Origin: Phoronis australis
Taxonomy: Eukaryota; Animalia; Phoronida
Assembly (NCBI GenBank): GCA_002633005.1
Contig: NMRA01000285.1
Coordinates: 357,505 to 421,504 of the forward strand
Length of the DNA stretch: 64,000 nt
Direction of reading: 5' to 3'
A program made the position numbers and the translations under genes. The notes below the pieces were generated by a model. The model searched no databases and was not told the DNA's origin. It was given only the letters and a program-made list of their open reading frames with translations. Below, piece after piece: positions 1 through 13,800 of the stretch; positions within the stretch are counted from its first letter, which is position 1, and every line of letters starts with the position of its first letter.

Positions 1-384
1 GAGGCACACTCTTTCGTACCGGGAATATTAAGTAATCACACATGACATGGCATATTCTATTTGGCCAATTAGAACACGTCAAGAAACGTCAATTTCATAA
101 TTTGCATGGTTTGAAGAGTACAGTTAATAAAAGAACACCTTTAGTATTTCTATAGCATAAAAAATTATATCTGAAGTTTAAAAACCGGACGATCACCGAT
201 AACATGCAGAGCTCAGTGACCCTGCAACTATGGTGATGACCAGCTACTGACTATATTCTATGTATTTCTCACTTCACTCTTTGGATGTTACCTGAGCAGT
301 ATGTTGGCACTTGTTGTCCTAAATTGTTGTAAATATGATCTTGATGATGTCTAATGAAAAGACGAAACGTTGAATTGAACATGA

Positions 385-1586
385 AACAGCTTATTATTTA
401 AAATGACTTATTCTTATTAAAATGACATAGGCAAAAAATTGAATTTCGGACCTCAAAAGCGAGGCCCCCTATATTAATATAGGGGGCCTCGCTGAAAGGA
501 GGCCGGAGAGCGGGGCCCCCTATATTAATAAGATGACGACAGAAGAGGACAAATTTCGGACGGATCTGACAACCATTGTGCCCCCTAGTGGCAATTATTT
601 TTTTACATTTACCTCTGTATCTTTAAAGGTCGTCTAAAGATTTTTGTGAAACTTGGCATATAGGCACCTGTTAGTAGGATGATGCTATATTCCTGTTTTC
701 GGAAGGAGTCAAGGTATTTTGCGCCACCTAATAACCATTTTCACTGTTTTTTGGCATCCGCCTCTCTATCAACCAAACCGCTCTTTAAGATGATTGTAAA
801 AATTGGCATGCATGTATTTTCTTACTATGAAGAGAAAGCCTGACGATGATTTTCTGATTAATCTGGCTACTGTGGCACCTCCTAGTGGCAGTTTATTGGA
901 GACATGATGCTATCTCCCTATTTTCCGATTTATTTGAGACATTTTGCGCCACCTAGTGGCCATTTATGTTTTTTCCAATCGTTTTTTTGGCATCTGCTCC
1001 TCTATCAACTAAACCATTCTATGGATTATTGTGAAAATGGATATATCTGTTCTCAGTTTGAAGAGTATGGCTGACGATGACGACTAACTACTGTGGCGCC
1101 TCCTAGCTTTTTTGCGCCTATAGCTGTATGTCCTAAGCCTACTGCAGGATCTTAATTAAATTTAGCAAGTGTATTCATATCATGTTGAGAACAGATATTG
1201 ACAACTTTCAGGTGCATTGCCCCCTAGTGGCCATTCCATTTTTTCCGGTCTTCCTTTGTTTCTCTATAGTTTCTTGACAGATTTTTATGGAAATTGGTAA
1301 ATACTTTCTATTAAAGAAACGATGTTTCAGTTTTCGGATGGAGTTGACATGTTTTGCGCCATCTGGTGGCCATTTTTATGATACAAATAGATGTCACAAG
1401 AAGCATGCTGTTTGTGATGCCCAATTGCTTCAAAATTTTTCGCTCTCCGGCAGCCTTTCGGCGAAAGGAGGAAGGAGAGCGGGGCCCCCTATATTAATAT
1501 AGGAGGCCTCGCTTTTGAGGTCCGAAATTCAATTTTTTGCCTATGTCATTTTAATAAGAATAAGTCATTTTAAATAATAAGCTGTT
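385..1586. mobile_element. Foldback/TIR element with ~104-bp near-perfect TIRs and 4-bp TSD (ATGA), enclosing a Helentron/HINE-like core
   Basis: 385-488 is the reverse complement of 1483-1586 with one mismatch; ATGA at 381-384 and 1587-1590; 34-bp perfect palindrome at 459-492; interior homologous (inverted) to the repeat at 6600-7318. Confidence 0.8.
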
Positions 1587-1750
1587 ATGAACTTTTTTGT
1601 TTGTGCGGCGATCGTCTGGTTTTTAATGTTATTGTGTCCAAAAACTGATTTAATTAACAATATTTGAAGTGTTTCTTAACTGTGCGTGTCATATTCCCAG
1701 TCATTTGAATTTCAAAATGGAAAATGGTCAATCTTTAGACATCTTAATAC

Positions 1751-4032
1751 TAGACCGGGCGCAAGCGCTACTGCAGCTGACAACTTGACGCCATATTGGA
1801 GAGTGTTACTAGTCACGTGACATGGCTAATTGCCGTGTAAACAATCAGGGTAAATTGTCCTTTTCAAAGCGCGATATCTAACAAATAAAAACAGGCCAAA
1901 GAGTGTGATTTTTTTCCAGAAACATAAAAAAACATGTGATGTAGCACTTACGTGCGTTTTTTAAGAGTTAACGTGTCAATAGGGAAAATATCAAACTATA
2001 AGAAGATTGCAACCACTGGAAGTTTCTCGAGCGGCCTGAGCGGCTGCACGCCTGTCAATCCACTGAGAGCATTATTTTTTCTTTCATTTTTTCAAGAGAA
2101 ACCACTAAAATCGCGCAAATTTATCATTTAATTCGTGTCGCTTGATGTAAATACATTTTTTCCAGGAGACGTGCCGCTCACTCGGGAATTATACTTTCCG
2201 GGTCGCTTTTAATGTCTAAATTTAATGTGAACTACTGTGAAAAATGACCTCATTGGGGTCATATAAATAAATGACAGGTTTTTAAAGTTCATTAGGGCAT
2301 TCTCCGGTTCAGTACAGCGGTTGTGAGCATGTGATAACATCTAGCTCCTTTGTTAACTGCTGAGCGTCTTTTTTTTCTGGTAGGACAACATGCAGATAAA
2401 TTATCTACCAGGCTTATAACCAATCAAACCCAGTAAGTTGGTACTTTTGGACAGAATAGACTGTCTTAACTTCGATTGTAGTTGGGCGATTTTGATGATT
2501 CAAAAATAATAGCGCTTGATCAGTAATTGATGGGCAATTCAGAAATGTCATTGGTTTATGTTCAAACATTTTATAACTTAACTTATTTTTAACAGCACAG
2601 CCCAGTGAGGATATAACATACGACCTTATCGGAGATTAGAGCAACTATCGAACAAAAGAGAGCTGACCCTCCAACCCTAATTGCCAGAATGGACTTAATC
2701 AGTCGTCAGTGTAAGATATTGGCTACAACGATTATCCGCCCAACTTTTTCTGATATACAACTTAGCAAGTTAGACTCAACGGGAGAATGCTGTAATGTAA
2801 ACAGGAAAGAACACAGACTCAATTCCTTTCCTGTGCATCGCCAACGTACAAATATTCTTCTCTCATGCACGGTATTCCTCTCTCATGGATCTGAAGTCCC
2901 CTCCCCCCAATCAAGCACCAGGCACTTGTTGGCATTTTGTAGTATCCCCGCACCGTGTAATTGTGTGCTCACAAAAGAGACCAGCCCCGCTCCCACACAT
3001 TATTTCGGTTCCTATCCATCCCCGCCCTTAATCTGATATACGTACTGCGCGACCCTCAGCCGAGAAACTTAAAATAAATTCTTCTCTCGCGCACTGCTGT
3101 CTGCTTATCCCAACCCCTTGTTGTGGGGGAACCGTTGAATAATGACGCGACAGGTTTTCACGGACGTGGGGGTAATTTTTTCATGGCCTGAAAATTCTTC
3201 ACATTAAATTTAGACCCTGTGAAAAAATTAACCGGAGTCATTTTTCACGGGATCATAATTAATACTACATCGACTCGGTTGGGTATTTCGCTTATGAGTG
3301 GGAAATTCTGTATTTTAGGTCAAGGTTGGATGCGCAATTCAGTCATTTAGGTTTAATATTTTGGTTACTATGCACTTTACTTTTTTTGCGCACGTTTAGT
3401 CACAAAACAGGGAGCTCGTAAGCAAGCTGTGCAAATCTACAAAATTTCCAATATCAACTTCGACATAAGTAATAGACTTTGCAGGGATTTGTTCGTTTGT
3501 TTTGATACAGCAGAAAACATCTGGTTTTGGAATACATAATATTAAGAAATGAGTTTTTAAAGCAGTATATAATTTCAATGGAGAATTCACTATTCACTTA
3601 GATGTACTGATTTTGATGGCTGACGAGTAAGTTCGGAGATGATATTTTTCAGTACAAGTAAAAATACCAAATATTTACTTAAATATAATTAGCAAACAAC
3701 ATCATCATTGGATAACAGCATACGGTGGTCAACAATTATCTTTTTAATCAATCTTATATGGTTTCAATCACCAAGACTGATGTGGAAAAAACGCATATAG
3801 CTGCTCCGCCTAATCTTCATGGCCGAACCAAAAAAAACTCATGACTCAATGGCAGGACCAAAAATCTTAACTCTTTGGCTGCAGGCATAACACTGCGAGC
3901 CCCTGCATTTCCTGACTGATGCCATAGGGCTCTCAGTGTTTTCCGCCATTTTTGTCCCGTGTAGCAATCTCCAATATGGCATCATATTGACAATGTGAGC
4001 TGCATGTATCTGAGTGGCGCGCGCCCGGTCTA
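1751..4032. mobile_element. Old non-autonomous DNA transposon with TAG...CTA termini (Academ-like)
   Basis: TAGACCGGGCGC at 1751 and GCGCCCGGTCTA ending 4032, with imperfect inverted similarity continuing about 60 bp (gccatattggaga / tctccaatatggc). No TSD or transposase seen. Confidence 0.5.
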
Positions 4033-4806
4033 TGTGATGTCTATGGGTCAATCATTCCTGAACAGCAGTTTGACAAGGCAGGTGTTAGACCACTCCTTGT
4101 GAAAGGCAGCATGAATTTCTGATCAGATTTCAAATATTGGTCGACAGATGATAATGCTGCAACCAAGCAAGTCTCCAAATTCTCATGAAAGGCACATAAC
4201 ATGTCATGTGACATGAGACTTCAATGCTATGATTTGTTTTTTGGATGAGATGTAATCATGGTTCTTGTTGTAACAACGTGATCATCTTTACCAAGTAGAC
4301 AATGTCTAATGTATAGATGAATGACTGTTAATGGCAGCACAAAAAGAGAGCTATGTTAATTTTGCAGTAGTTCTAACTGTATCTTCAGTCAGGGTTGTGT
4401 CCTGCCCACGCAAGAAATTATAGAAAATGTAGTGTGATCACATATTTTTGTTTCTAATGCATGGATCTTGCATTTTTGTGAGTTCCTTGCATCTACGGAG
4501 TATGGCCCAGGTAATCAGTAATCTGCCTTCCCCTCAGACACACGACTAGTTCAAAATGTGATTACTACAACTGAGCACAGCACAAATAACTCGTACAACT
4601 CTCATTCTTGAATCTACCATAGACATACTCTTACATTCTAATGAAGAGTATACTGTGCTGAATATTCAGCAGTGAACCACAACGAGTCAAAACATTGTAT
4701 GGTTGAGTTTTCAAAAGACAAAGTGTTTCCCTTACTTCATGTAAAAGTTTTCCAATACCAGAAAATACATGATAGAACAATGGCTTTAACACATAGTCTA
4801 ACATAC

Positions 4807-7800
4807 CAGGTCCAAACCCAACAGCGTAGGCTGCGACGAAAACAAAGAGACTGATGAGGGCACCGTAGCTCTCTCCAGCTGACACAATATTGTTCAAACT
4901 GCTGTTCACTGAATGTTCTTTTGTCCACAAAGTATTGTTCCCCGTACACTCTGAAGTGTTCCCAAGATCAGTACAGTTTGTGGTGGGTAAGACGTAACAC
5001 GGGTCATTCCGGGGGTCAGTTTGGGTGTGAAGGGTAGTGATAGCCATGGCTACAACACTGAGTGTCATGACCAGTGATCCAAGCAAGAGAAACGTCCGGC
5101 GTCCCACCTTGTCAACACACAGCAAAGAAATGACAGTGAAGACGACCTAGAGCAAAACAAAGAACAACTGATAAACACATTAAGAAAAAATAAAAGCAAG
5201 GAAAAGTGACACCTGGCAGTTATTACAATTGAATCATGTTACAACCAACCCTGTTTATAATGCGCTCATTTATAATGTACCATTCCGGAAATCTCATTTT
5301 TCTCTAATGCAAAATACCTTTAATTTCTACTAGTCTTCATTTTTAATGAAAATGGATACAACGTTCCCATTGCTTACAACGTACCAATGTCGATGTCCCA
5401 GTAGGTAACTTCACCAACATTACAGTGAACCAGGGCATGCGAGTCTAAAAATTGATCATGCAAGTACTCAATTCCATATATGTGCACAGTGTCTAATGCA
5501 TGTGGCCGGTAACGCAGTTGGACAGCCTTAATTAAATACGAATGGCAATTTAACAGCTCTATGACTTATTTTCTCTAAAAAGTCAATTCAGTTACAGTGA
5601 ACCTTGGCGTGCATCTTCAATAGGTCCCATGAAGTTCATTGTAACGAGGTTCGAATGAACCAATATTCACGTAAAATGCTGCTAAACCACAAATTGTACA
5701 TTGCAAAACTAACAAGTGAACACAAATTGTTAAAAATTCACATTGTGTAAATTTGGACATAGGCAACAAATCAGTACTTGTCACTATTTGTACAGTCATT
5801 ACCAAACTCTTCACAACCTTTTTCAGTTGGGACAATTCATGACACAAATGTAAGTCAATTTTTGCCATATCGTTGAGCGAGGAGATGCACTAAGTTCTGT
5901 TTAAAAATACCCGTGTTCATACTCCGTAGCAGGCTAAGGCTTGGTCTTAAGCCTAAATAGATTTCAGACAACTATTGCCCTGAATTTTCATAAAATGGGG
6001 GTAAAGCACAGTTGTGTTGGATTATCTTGATTTTGTGCATTAAGTTAAGTTTCCCGAACAGGCCCTTGGCAAAAGGTCGAACATGTGACTAAAGCTAAGA
6101 GACCACTTACTTTTACGGAACCCAGTGCAACCGTAGCTAGGGTAGCAGCAGTGTCACTATGGAAACCAACAGTCTGAAAGATGGTGGGCGCATAATACAT
6201 GACATTAGGCTGCCCAGTGAACTGAAAATAAAACAAGAGCAACGCGGAGCGTTGAAATGCGCCCACAATTGCACCGCATACGGTATCCTTCTAGGGTTGT
6301 TTATTGGTACCATAAAGTGGCCAGTAGAGGGCATACTTTGCAAAATGGAAAGGCATGGTCATTGTCTCCTCAATAGGCTAGGGGCAAAATGTGAGTAATC
6401 TTCATAATACAAGCACATCCTATACACCAGTTGCTTAAAGCACCACAGAAACATAGAATTAAAAACAAATTTACCAACATACGAGATTAGCACAGCATTA
6501 GAATGCCAGAAACAAATTTCTACTTGGAACTTTTCCTTCACAGTCACGAAGTAACACAAAGTATACACCTGAAGACCTATGAAAATACAGAGGTCAATGT
6601 AAAATACTAAAATTGCCACTAGAGGCAAATACTAAAATTGCCACTAGAGGCATACCGGTAATCAGAATCATCCTAAAGTCGTCATCGTCCGTTGTCAACA
6701 TCACATAAATACACTTGCTAAATTTAGTAAAGATCCTGCAAACGGTTTGGGAGATACAGCCATGGGCGCAAAAAAACAAAACTGCCACTAGGAGGCGCCA
6801 CAGTAGTCCAAATCGTCTGAAAATCATTGTCAGCTGTCTTCCTTATAGTAAGCACATACACGCCAATTTTCACAATCATCCTTTGAGCGGTTTGGTTGAT
6901 AGAGGGGTGGACGCAAAAATACAGACTCGAAAACAGTAAAAATGGCCACTAGGTGGCGCAAACTACGTCGAATCCATCTGAAAACAGTAGGATAGCGTCA
7001 TCTCACTAATAGGTGCCTACATACCAAATTTCATGAAAATCCGTTCAGGACTTTTGAAGATACAAAGGTAAGCGTAAAAAACTAAAATTGCCACTAGGGG
7101 GCACACCGGTAGTCGGATCCGTCCGAAAGTTCGCACATGCCGTCCCATTCATGAATGGAACATATGTGCCAAATTTCATGAACGTATGTCAAAGGGTTTT
7201 GGAGATAGAGCAGCGGACGCCGGACGCCAGACGCCGGACGGACAGAGATGACGGCATAATGCGTCCACATATAAATATGTGGGCGCATAACCACATATAA
7301 ATATGTGGGCGCATAAAAACAAGGGATTCCAATCACATGTTCTGAAAGCAGCACCAATTTATGTGGATACGTCAACAGATAATTATCAAAGAGTTCAGAC
7401 AGGTATCGTAGTGCATGATTTTAGAACGGCGACTGCAAACAAGGAACTGCAATTTTCAATTCGTAAGAGTGTTCTTTGCGTTGGGGTCCATGCACCACTA
7501 TGTGAAGTACTGTGTGTATCTGGAGCCAATGATCTTATGTGTGGAACACTAGTCAGAAAAAAAACAAGCAGCAACTTTGGCAGCATGTCTGTGAAACTAG
7601 ACGTAAAAACACCAGATATTGACATTTTAATTAAAAAGAACTAATTATAGCCCCAGAAATCACTTTGGCATTATATCCAGGTTCTCATTCACTTCCCTAC
7701 ATACATTCAATAGAAAAACTGATCTCAGAGGAGTAGAAGACACTTTTGTGCAATGCTCGACTGTCTGCCAGTAAACCCAGGTATCCCAAACGGGAGTCCA

Positions 7801-10800
7801 GAGCTCAAACCACTGAGCCCCACTGTCTCCTCAACTACTAGAAGTCTCATATGCCATATGTTGGTCTCATCATGTGACCAACAGTTACGTCTGAAAAGAT
7901 CATTGTTCCAACCGAGGTTTGAACCCTGGACGTTCTGCAAATCAAGTAGACACTCTACTGTGCTGAGCTATTGGTACCACACCAGAGGGTCTGCATCATT
8001 AGCACGTAGTCCTAGGTTAGAAACCCCGGTTGGGCAGCGATCTTTTCAGACTAAACTATATGTCATGACGTGACCAACATACAGCGTGTACGAAGAATTC
8101 TTACAGATAACATATCAGCATGCTGATTTGTAACAGGTCATTTACATAAAAAGGGAATTACTAGTTTCCTGCTCCGATAAGTGAACTATACGCCAATATG
8201 AGCAAAATTTCTTTTGAAACAAAAACATAATTTCAGAAGCTAGGCGCATGTGCCTCAATAACTGCACATATGATATAAAACAATTAAAACGCAGCATTAA
8301 CAAGCTGGCATTACTTCCAGACATTTTTGTGACCACCATGATTTACAAATTAGGACAAAAGTGTCAAAACCTGGATCCATGGTCACAAAGTGTATATTTA
8401 TCAGACAAAAGAATTTCACATGAGCTGCAGTGTTTACTAAACCTTAGGGACACCATGACTTACTCTAGTCATGGGAGCCACATCCTACATAGGGTCAAAA
8501 GGGATGACTTTTCAATTTTTTATGTGCAATAATACACATCGTGAAAGATTGTTCTTTGTGTCATATATGATAGGTACCCTGGTGTTCTGTTTATGACATC
8601 ACACCACCAGGTGGTATCACACAACATTTATATTAAGTACAAACCTGTTGAAGAAATACCAATCCACAACCAATTAGCATGCGACCTCTCATGTTGTCAT
8701 GGGAACGGAATAAGTCTAGAACACCGTGACCCTGTAACATGCATTATAGGTTTATTTCATTATTGTTAAAGGACAACTTCAAATAAAATACTTGTCTAAG
8801 CAATACCAGACTCACCCGCATTCCATGGCTGGATTAGTTAGTGAAATTGAGAGCTTTGCAATACATCGTGAAAAGTATCTATCCAAACTGTGGATTGGAG
8901 AGATTTGTACCACAAAATACAAGTCATGAACTCATGCTCGCTGTGTTTGTCCTGCTTACATGCTCTTCAACAACTGAGAAATTATTAAAAAATTTAAGAT
9001 TTAAAGTTTGACAAGAGCTTTGCAGCATGTAGACACCTCTATAATCTAAACTGTGACAATCGGTAAAAATTGCAAGTCAGAAGAACTTCCTATTAAATCA
9101 ACTCTGGACAATCTCAAAGTCTGCAAATGAATAAAATAATAAAAATTTAGCAAAATGTGTAAGTTGTGCGGTTAGTGCACAATAAAAACAGGCAAAATTT
9201 CTGCATCACTAAGAGCTGACATTGGGTATCAAGTGACCTTTAAAAAGATAAATTAATATATAACGAAATATGATCTTTGATGACAAAGGTAAGACATTGT
9301 CTTTGTACAGGCTTAAGCTATCACGCAATATTCACATACTTGTTCTGCCTCCAAGGACTGTTTTATACCAGACAATTCTGTCTTCACATCTGGGGACCGT
9401 CTCAGCAGTTGTAACACTTTGCTCGCCTACAACCAGTTTGGAAATAGAACAAAACTCAAAAGGTGATAAAACAATGAAAAAATCAAGAAAACGAGGTTCA
9501 AATGACAATGAGCAGAACAGACTAAAAGAGTGCATAGCCAGTCTTACCTAACACAAAAGATTTGTGAAATAAAAGAAAAAAACTGCACAGTATATTGCTT
9601 TTGACAGTTATTGCATTTAATAAGAAAACTACTAGTCACAAGAAACTCCTTAAATTACAATAAAGGGAATTATGGGTAACGGTGACCCTAGTACTTACAC
9701 CAACTTCATTATTTTTAATCATCAGGAATCTTGGACTAGTTGGTAAGAGGAACATACCAACACCCTGGACAAAAGCAAATATGGCTGAGAGACCGAACAT
9801 GTAACGCCTACAATAAGAACAAAATATTTAAGCGAGATATAAGACAAATTTTTAATGCATCTTGGTGTTCACAGTTAAAGCTACATTTCTTCCTGTTTAG
9901 CTAGCCAAAAATGAAAATCAAACGGGTTTAACTTTCATAAAGTCAATCTCATAATATTCCTTACTGTGAAAGGGTTCTACTTAATATGTTACTAACTCAA
10001 GTCACAGTTAATGCATACATGCACCATTCTTTTGAAAATTGCAATTTTAATGTTGGCTAACCCCAGTAGACTCTTAGGCATTTTCTTGGGAAGCTGATGG
10101 TTTTTGATGTTTTCGTTGCTAATGCAAATAGAGTCATATCAGAGGAACATTATGAGAATAAAGGCCCTAAATCAATGTGGTTATTCAGCTGTCCAAGGAA
10201 ACAAAGCATTAAGGCTATAACCTGAGAGTCAAGATCACCTATCAAACAAGTTTGGTGTATATTACATGATTCAGAACAAAACGATTAATAAGATCTCCAA
10301 CAGAGGTCATCACAACAGGATACAGGTGAGTCAGAACACTATAACTAGAAAGTACCTGGAGACGTTAGGCATCGCAGATCCCCCTAGTGCATACTAACAA
10401 CAGCTTCACTTACCAGCCATCTTGGACCAATATAAAGCTGTAGTTCACTAAATATGCTAGCAGAAACCCAATAGTTATGCCAAGTTCATTGAGTGAGACT
10501 AAGGATCCCCTGTATCTCTGAAAAAGACAGTGACTTATCAGAACACACCAGGCCGAGCAAATGAGGATGCATTCTCTGAGGACAGTCAAATCCCTATCAG
10601 CAAGAAATGGCTCATGCGATGGAGGATGTTATATGCAACACTGAATAACTGTTTTTAAACCACTTTTTAGGCAGAGATGCCAGTGGCAAAATATCTACGC
10701 TTAGGCAATAAAACATGTCATTCTAGGTACCATTTGCTAGCCACAATATTTTACCATGAGTAGCCGTTAAAAGTCTTTTCACCTTTCAGTGGCATCCATT

Positions 10801-13800
10801 TTATTGGTATTTAGCTAGCAAGGTATCCTAAGAACCAAGTTCTACCCAATACATCCGTGATGGTGTTTAGAGTATCAATGTCATGCGAGCCGTTGGCTCA
10901 AATTGTGCATGAGTCCAAACAAAATGAATTCAGTGTATCAAAAAAGTCAGCCAATGCTGAATGATGTCAACTATTCATACAGCTCCACTACGAACCAACA
11001 ACGGACAAAAACATAAATGAACAAAACAAATCAGTCTCAAATTCAAGAGACCATGACATGCGATCAAAATGTGCGCACAATTCCCTGTCACGACAGCCAA
11101 GTTTGTTCAGTTTACACGTGCCTGTAATTACATGTTGTCGTCTCCTTGAAATATCTAAGTGACTAGTGACTGTCCATTTAAAAAGTACATACTGTATTTT
11201 CTGAAACTGGGAATCAAAACAAATCTATTCATGTCATTCACAACACTGTGCCATTCTTGTGGTCATGTGATCATGCGTTTTTGGCAAAAATGTCATTTTT
11301 TGAAAGGTACACTGATAGAGAAACAGTCCTTTCACAGGCATTCACAAAATTTTCTGTCAGCGGAGATTTCTTGTGAAATAGAGGTACTACATGTAACCTT
11401 AACAGCAAAATGACTGGTAACAACTATAAGAGATTCAAAATGACTGGTAACAACTATAAGAGATTCAAAATGACTGGTAAGAACTATGAGAGATTCAAAA
11501 TGACTGGCAACAACTATGAGAGATTCAAAATGACTGGCAACAACTATGAGAGATTCAAAATGACTGGCAACAACTATGAGAGATTCAAAATGACTGGTAA
11601 CAACTATGAGAGATTCAAAATGACTGGTAACAACTATGAGAGATTCAAAATGACTGGTAACAACTATGAGAGATTCAAAATGACTGGTAACAACTATGAG
11701 AGATTCAAAATGACTGGTAACAACTATGAGAGATTCAAAATGACTTGTAACAACTATGAGAGATTCAAAATGACTGGTAACAACTATCAGAGATTCAAAA
11801 TTCTCATTACAGAATGGCTTAGCCACCTTACCAACATTCCTATAAATTTCCCTTCATTGTCGGTCAGGAGAGATGGCTATACTCTGAAGATGAATTGAGC
11901 TTCCACTCAGCAGCCATGATGTGGAATTGCGGGTTACTTTATTGGAATACTTTTGTCTAACTTGTACTTTACGGAAAAGTCTGCAATTTGCTTAACTACA
12001 GAGCTGCTCACAAATTTCAAACCACAAATTGCAGCAACACTCACATGCGGTGCTATCTCCGATATGTACACGCACTCAGCAATAGCTGACAACGATACGC
12101 CAAAACCAACGACGACTCTCCCAATGATCTGAAAATAAAATCAAGGGATTTACTCAGCCATTAGACTACGTTATTTCATCTGCTTTGACATAAACATCAA
12201 AATTGTGAAATTGTTAGAGACCAACTTTCAAACAGAGAGCCATGAAGAAAATTTAATTAAAAATGTGAAACTATTCAAAAGACTGCAAAACTAATTAGTT
12301 AATGTGAAGCTTATGAACAACAAAAGAATATTAATGCCATGTCCTAACGAGAATTCATTTCATCTGGGAATGCTCCAATGAGACCATTGTACTGAATGTC
12401 CATATTTACATGCCTTGGGATAACAAGAATTATAATTACACACTTACTCACCAATACAGGTACTGAATATGAAAATGCCAGGACCAAAGCACCAACGATG
12501 AATATCATAGAGTTAATGATGATGGTGACACGGCGACCAATGTGATCGACAAGGAACCCTGCAAAACACGATGGTACAATAATTATGCAGCAAGGTCTAT
12601 TCCACTAAAATCAGTATGGGCAAGTCACTTGGTTGTGTTCAAAACAATTAAAAAATTATCAGCTGTTGCTGTTTAAAAAAACATATAGTTATTTATCTAT
12701 CATTGTGTCTCAGTGGGAGCTATCATATGTTAAAACCAATGAATGTAATATTTACGCCAAAATAACTTTCCATGCATTATTTACAACGAAATTGTTCTAC
12801 GCTGCAATCCACTTCCTAACTGATAACTCTGAATGGTCTATATAGCGGTTGGGACAAGAAGACCTCATCATGTGGTACCGATGACTCTCGTCACCACCTG
12901 GTTGTATAAGGACTTACTTTTGCTGCACAGCCGGCAACATAGGAGAGGATGCTGGACTTTGTGAAAAGGTCTGTTATAAGTGCATGTGATTATACATAAT
13001 GCGTTTAAAAAAGACATTGCCTCCTCCTTGCCCTCTAGAGGTCACTAGTATCTAGAACCACATAATCAGTTACAACAGACCAGCATTTCCAATATTCACT
13101 CATGAGCTTGGGTGGAATAAGGGGGTGTCTCACAACACACCTACATACCATAATCAATCATGGTATTGGATGTGATTCTGCTGGATTGTAAAAGCAGCAA
13201 GGTCAACGTCAGTTTACGAGACATTTGATATTTCAAACGAGAATAAGAATTAGTAACATGTGCATGGCACTCAATGGGTTCTCACCTTCCCTCGACTCAC
13301 TTTAAAGGGCAATGCCACCCGATTTAATTAGTCTGTTTTACTGTCTTAATCGAGGCCGTGTGAGCGCATGCTAATTCAGTGTTTGCAGACAGAAACTGTT
13401 GTGAAACAATTACTCAATTTCCTATCCCATGACCAGGTGTTAGAAGAATCTTTATTTACATTAATATTCATTATTCAAATAATGATTGCCAATGTACAAC
13501 TTCTGCCCTGACGGTTCTGTGGCCAAAGGGGAACCTGATGAGTACTGAAGTAGATTTGCAGTTTCGTGGCTAATTCACCAACATAATCACGTGCCCATTT
13601 TTTCTTTGGCTCACTAGTAAAGTATTTTCTTGACTGAAAGTTTAGTTTCTAACTTTGGCTGGTTTATGTTCGTGATGTCTTCAGTCAGGCCGCGACGGGC
13701 CTGATCGGGTTCCGAGCCACTGGCCGGGATAAAAACCGTTTTTTGTGACCGTTTAGAACTCAAAACATCACAAGTCTAAACAACACAGATCTAGGTTCTC

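Noticed and set aside
340-371. Minimal hammerhead-like motif TTGATGA-t-GTCT..AGAC-GAAACGTT
   Set aside because: Core is TTGATGA rather than CTGATGA and no convincing stem I; at most a decayed Penelope-type ribozyme.
1-4806. Expected final SLC2A10-like exons (WL.LSEIFP...RGRA)
   Set aside because: Not found by eye; presumably left of the window, so no truncation is claimed.
8816-8890. Open minus-strand segment bounded by cag and gtgagt
   Set aside because: No transporter similarity and wrong phase; the model is complete without it.
11332-11898. Long repetitive ORFs on both strands; also considered as CRISPR-like
   Set aside because: By-product of a stop-free 30-bp minisatellite; no unique spacers, eukaryotic intron.
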